64,000 bases of DNA, taken from Eledone cirrhosa (Eukaryota). Shown here piece after piece: positions 63,389-64,000 of this stretch. Positions within the stretch are counted from its first letter, which is position 1, and each line of letters opens with the position of its first letter. The stretch spans positions 100,130,001 through 100,194,000 of the forward strand of contig OZ024745.1 in the NCBI GenBank assembly GCA_964016885.1, in the 5' to 3' direction. Below the pieces are notes generated by a model. It ran no database searches. It saw nothing but the letters and a program-made list of their open reading frames with translations, and was not told where the DNA came from. Both the position numbers and the translations under genes were made by a program.

Positions 63389-63596
63389 CCTTTTAGCATT
63401 TACACTACTCTATAGTTACTATTGGACTTTCACGGTAAACACTTTACCTCACATAATATTGAATCTATGAAATTTTGATATTATTTATTTTGAGAACAAT
63501 GCTTTAACATCAGTATGAGTGGCCAGTTACAGCTGGTTTGAATAGAAAGAGGTGAGAGAATTCTGGCCGGATATGGCCAGTTTAAATGCTAAAGGG
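63389..63596. mobile_element. piggyBac-derived MITE (inverted partial copy at 63020-63143)
   Basis: TTAA-CCTTTTAGCATTT ... AAATGCTAAAGGG-TTAA. Confidence 0.88.
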
Positions 63597-64000
63597 TTAA
63601 GTATAATATATATCACTGACTTTCATTGCATAAGTCTCTCCATGTTTTATCTACCAAATTTACTTATGAGGTATTGGTCAGCCCAGGATTATAATATTAA
63701 TAAATCATTCACCCAAGGTGTTACACAGGAGGACTGAATCTGAAACCATATGTAGCTATGTGGTTAAGAGGCTCGCTATAGTTTCAGTTTCACTCCCACA
63801 GTTAAGTACCTTGGTCAAATGTTTTTACTATAGCCTCAGATTGACCAATGCCTTAAGTGAAATATGTGAATGTATATGACCATGTCTCTGTGTTTGTGAC
63901 TATGTCTGTGTTGCCACCTACTGTTTATTTATGTCCTGGAACTTAGACAAAGTTCCAGGACATTGACAAAGAGGGATTGATAAAAGAAGAACCAGACTTG

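Overview
AT-rich, repeat-dense eukaryotic DNA; the SINE, MITE and microsatellite landscape is typical of an octopus-like cephalopod (inference). Nearly all of the window is intronic sequence of one minus-strand collagen gene. I can place 15 small Gly-X-Y exons (27-108 nt, GT-AG, 60736 down to 7464) that join in frame into about 270 aa. The first has a split Gly codon, the rest are phase 0, and the N- and C-terminal exons lie outside the window. Exon sizes, a short 'EDAEIRIIELK' interruption and a GYPGYPGPVGLQG motif best fit a membrane-associated collagen with interrupted triple helices (MACIT, collagen XIII/XXIII/XXV-like). The most interesting signal is a set of candidate non-collagenous cassette exons, including a 9-nt microexon with a UGC motif before its acceptor, which build R-X-K-R furin sites only across splice junctions. 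Introns hold deleted piggyBac copies and their MITEs, a pogo element carrying a piggyBac fragment, mariner, RTE, CR1-like, R4-like and CRE-like remnants, two tRNA-derived SINE families, fold-back repeats with hammerhead-like cores, a tRNA-like cloverleaf, and two long near-perfect inverted duplications. Most ORF-track entries are noise.
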